A stretch of DNA of 55,265 nt. Source: Thermodesulfobacteriota bacterium. GTDB taxonomy: Bacteria > Desulfobacterota > GWC2-55-46 > JADFVP01. The translations under genes were made by a program, and so were the position numbers. The stretch lies in NCBI GenBank assembly GCA_046753845.1, contig JBHHUP010000004.1, positions 1-55,265 of the forward strand, given 5' to 3'. Of the stretch, positions 52,783 through 55,265 are shown in pieces. Within the stretch, counting starts at the first letter, position 1. Every line of letters begins with the position of its first letter. Under the pieces are notes generated by a model. The model was not told the DNA's origin. It searched no databases and saw nothing but the letters and a program-made list of their open reading frames with translations.

Positions 52783-54009
52783 ATGGCTAAGAATGAGAAT
52801 ATAATCGTAGGCCTTGATATAGGCACTACAAAGATATGCGCCATAGCCGGAGAGAAGACAGCCGAAGGCCTTGAGATAATCGGCATCGGCACCCAGCCCT
52901 CAAAGGGGCTTAGAAAAGGTGTGGTCGTCAATATCGAGAGTACCGTGCAGTCTATCAAGGAGACCATTAAGGAGACGGAGCTAATGGCCGGCTGCGAGAT
53001 AAACAAGGTCTTCTGCGGCATAGCCGGTGGCCATATCCGCGCATTTAACAGCCACGGCGTAATCGCCGTTAAGAGCCGCGAGATTTCGCGCTCCGATATA
53101 GACCGTGTTATAGAGGCGGCCCAGGCCGTGGTTATCCCCCCCGACAGAGAGGTCATACACGTCATACCGCAGGAGTATGTAGTTGACGACCAGTCCGGTA
53201 TCGAGGACCCTCTGGGCATGATAGGCACAAGGCTGGAGGTAAAGGTCCATATCGTTACCGCCGCCGTAACCAGCGCTCAGAATATTATCAAGTGCGCCAA
53301 TAAGGCGGGCCTGGATGTTGATGACATTGTCCTGCAGCAGCTTGCGAGCAGCGAGGCCGTGCTCCTGCCCGATGAGAAGGAGATAGGCGTTGTCCTTGTA
53401 GACATTGGCGGCGGCACGACTGATATCGCCCTCTACCATAACGGGACCATTAAATACACCACGGTAATCTCACTTGGCGGTAATCAGGCTACGGGGGATA
53501 TCTCCGTGGGGCTGCGAACCCCGGTGAGCGTGGCCGAGAGTATAAAAAAAGAGTACGGCTGCGCCATGACGGCCATGGTAGGAAAGGACGAGACCATAGA
53601 TGTCCCTACCGTTGGCGGCGGTAAGGCGAAACGCGTCTCAAGGTTCATGCTCTGTGAAATACTCGAACCCCGTATGGAGGAGTTATTCGAGCTTGTAAAT
53701 AGAGAGATAGTAAAGTCCGGTTACGATGCCCTTATATCATCGGGCATTGTCATTACAGGCGGCACTTCTGCCATGGATGGCGCCGTGGAGCTGGCCGAGC
53801 AGGTCTTTAATCTGCCCGTAAGAAGGGGTATCCCAAGGGGCGTGCAGGGTCTTGTGGATATAGTTAAGAACCCCATGTTCTCAACAGGAGTGGGCCTTGT
53901 GCAGTTTGGCACGAGAAAGGTAAGCAGCCCGCATTTTCCTCAGAAAGGCGACAATGTCTTCAACAAGCTCACCTCCAGGATGAGGGGCTGGGTAAAGGAG
54001 TTTTTTTAG
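52783..54009 (+). CDS. ftsA: Cell division protein FtsA
   Basis: 408 aa with the actin-fold phosphate loops IVGLDIGTTKICAI and VLVDIGGGTTDIALY. Confidence 0.95.
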   Translation: MAKNENIIVGLDIGTTKICAIAGEKTAEGLEIIGIGTQPSKGLRKGVVVNIESTVQSIKETIKETELMAGCEINKVFCGIAGGHIRAFNSHGVIAVKSREISRSDIDRVIEAAQAVVIPPDREVIHVIPQEYVVDDQSGIEDPLGMIGTRLEVKVHIVTAAVTSAQNIIKCANKAGLDVDDIVLQQLASSEAVLLPDEKEIGVVLVDIGGGTTDIALYHNGTIKYTTVISLGGNQATGDISVGLRTPVSVAESIKKEYGCAMTAMVGKDETIDVPTVGGGKAKRVSRFMLCEILEPRMEELFELVNREIVKSGYDALISSGIVITGGTSAMDGAVELAEQVFNLPVRRGIPRGVQGLVDIVKNPMFSTGVGLVQFGTRKVSSPHFPQKGDNVFNKLTSRMRGWVKEFF

Positions 54010-54106
54010 GACTGATTTTTTTAAATAGGGGTTTTGAGACTCCGTGAAGGTTTGCGGACAGGTTTATTAGATAGAGGGTTTTATCTTAGTTAACGAGGAG
54101 GAGGAG

Positions 54107-55265
54107 ATGGATTTTACAAAGGACGGGCAGATGGATATCAGCTTTGAGGAGGGTTTTAACGCCGGGGCAAGACTGAAGGTCGTAGGTGTGGGGGGCTGCG
54201 GCGGTAACGCCGTAAATACCATGATTGACTTTGGTCTGCAGGGAGTCGAGTTTCTCGCTGCCAATACAGACGCTCAGGCCCTTGGTAAATCCAGGGCCGG
54301 GGTAAAGCTTCAGATAGGCACTACGCTTACAAAGGGGCTTGGGGCCGGGGCGAGCCCGAGTGTGGGAAAAAACGCCGCCGTAGAGAGTCGTGATACCTTG
54401 CTTGAGAACTTATCGGGCGCGGATATGGTATTTATTACCGCGGGCATGGGCGGCGGCACAGGCACAGGGGCCAGCCCTGTTATAGCCGAGGTGGCAAGGG
54501 AGACGGGGGCCCTGACCGTGGCCGTAGTGACCAAACCCTTTGCCTTTGAGGGATCAAAAAAGATGCGCCAGGCCGAGGAGGGGCTTGCCAAACTCACGGA
54601 GATGGTGGATACGGTAATAACCATCCCCAACCAGAGGCTGCTCTCCGTATCGTGCAAGAACACAACCCTTTCCGATGCCTTTGCCAAGGCCGATGAGGTT
54701 TTATTGCAGGCCGTTAAGGGTATCTCCGATGTCATTACCGTGCCGGGGCTTGTAAACGTGGACTTTGCCGATGTGCGCACCATTATGTGCGATATGGGCC
54801 AGGCCCTTATGGGCAGCGGCACGGGCAGCGGCGAGCAGCGGGCGCTGGAAGCGGCGAGAAAGGCAATTTCATCGCCGCTCCTTGAGGATATCTCTATCAG
54901 CGGCGCCAAGGGTGTGCTTCTTAATATAACGGGTTCGTCGGACCTTAGCATCCATGACGTAAACGAGGCATCGAGCCTTATCCACGAAGAGGCCCACGAT
55001 GACGCCCATATCATCTTCGGCGCTGTTATAGACGATACCATGGGCGATGAGGTGCGCGTTACTGTAATAGCCACGGGTTTTGGCGAGGCGGCCGAGGAGG
55101 CCCTCCCTACTCCCGTTGACCACATCCCCGCGGCCCGTGTTATAGCCGAGAACCTTGATGTGCCGACGGTAATACGCCAGGATAAGGTAAAGTCCATTAG
55201 CTTCAACTCTGGCGAGATAAAGAGGCTTGGCCAGTACGCCGGGCATAAGACCGATGATGAGGATA
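54107..55265 (+). CDS. ftsZ: Cell division GTPase FtsZ, 3' end beyond the window
   Basis: This gene is not in the ORF track because no stop is reached. ATG 54107 is preceded by GAGGAGGAGGAG. The translation MDFTKDGQMDISFEEGFNAGARLKVVGVGGCGGNAVNTMI... contains the tubulin signature GGGTGTGASPVIAEVA. Confidence 0.95.
   Translation, partial: MDFTKDGQMDISFEEGFNAGARLKVVGVGGCGGNAVNTMIDFGLQGVEFLAANTDAQALGKSRAGVKLQIGTTLTKGLGAGASPSVGKNAAVESRDTLLENLSGADMVFITAGMGGGTGTGASPVIAEVARETGALTVAVVTKPFAFEGSKKMRQAEEGLAKLTEMVDTVITIPNQRLLSVSCKNTTLSDAFAKADEVLLQAVKGISDVITVPGLVNVDFADVRTIMCDMGQALMGSGTGSGEQRALEAARKAISSPLLEDISISGAKGVLLNITGSSDLSIHDVNEASSLIHEEAHDDAHIIFGAVIDDTMGDEVRVTVIATGFGEAAEEALPTPVDHIPAARVIAENLDVPTVIRQDKVKSISFNSGEIKRLGQYAGHKTDDED

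Noticed and set aside
54310-55246. 298-aa and 125-aa ORFs on the - strand at the window end
   Set aside because: They are antisense to ftsZ. The + strand frame from ATG 54107 gives the tubulin signature GGGTGTGASPVIAEVA. ftsZ is missing from the ORF track only because it has no stop inside the window.

Overview
This is a 55.3-kb chromosomal fragment from a diderm bacterium. By inference only, it may be an uncultivated anaerobe of the Desulfobacterota/Nitrospirota type: GC looks moderately high, ATA/AGG/AAG codons are common, and multihaem cytochromes and a flavodiiron protein are present. From 4.3 kb onward essentially all genes are on the + strand.

Gene order:
- 1-7.6 kb: the 3' part of uvrC plus a relic duplicate of its last 30 codons, then PMM/PGM, tadA and a SAM-methyltransferase (all - strand), then a YjbQ-family protein, a nucleotide-sugar dehydrogenase and a flavodiiron protein.
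- 8.0-13.5 kb: a surface-glycopolymer locus with an OM beta-barrel, a TagF-like phosphotransferase, an ABC exporter with a degenerate ATPase site, and a cytidylyltransferase-like enzyme fused to a TM helix and a beta-rich domain.
- 13.7-19.2 kb: a tight Rieske / glutaredoxin-like / ferredoxin-thioredoxin-reductase-like / Rieske operon, followed by ybdK, a signal-less ggt and an M20 amidohydrolase.
- 19.4 kb: tRNA-Cys.
- 19.9-29.0 kb: a nine-gene co-directional locus with five secreted multihaem c-type cytochromes (7+4+11+4+6 = 32 CxxCH), a PQQ-like and an NHL beta-propeller, and two output-less HAMP membrane proteins.
- 29.1-36.5 kb: a DHH-CBS-CCA-adding enzyme, tRNA(CAT), a Zn-ribbon protein, RNase H, RNase P RNA, a HAMP adenylate cyclase and a TPR lipoprotein.
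- 37.1 kb to the end: a complete canonical dcw cluster from mraZ to ftsZ, with ftsZ cut by the window end.

I found no CRISPR array, transposase, integrase or recognisable defence genes. The best candidates for undescribed biology are the cytochrome/propeller/HAMP locus and the Rieske-Grx-FTRc-Rieske redox module with its gamma-glutamyl neighbours. Sequence-level curiosities include:
- a dispersed 43-nt hairpin repeat family;
- the uvrC 3' duplication;
- a textbook promoter followed by three exact 10-nt tandem repeats upstream of mraZ, a probable MraZ operator;
- a poly-lysine-tailed c7-type cytochrome.

All homology statements come from motif recognition by eye, not from searches.
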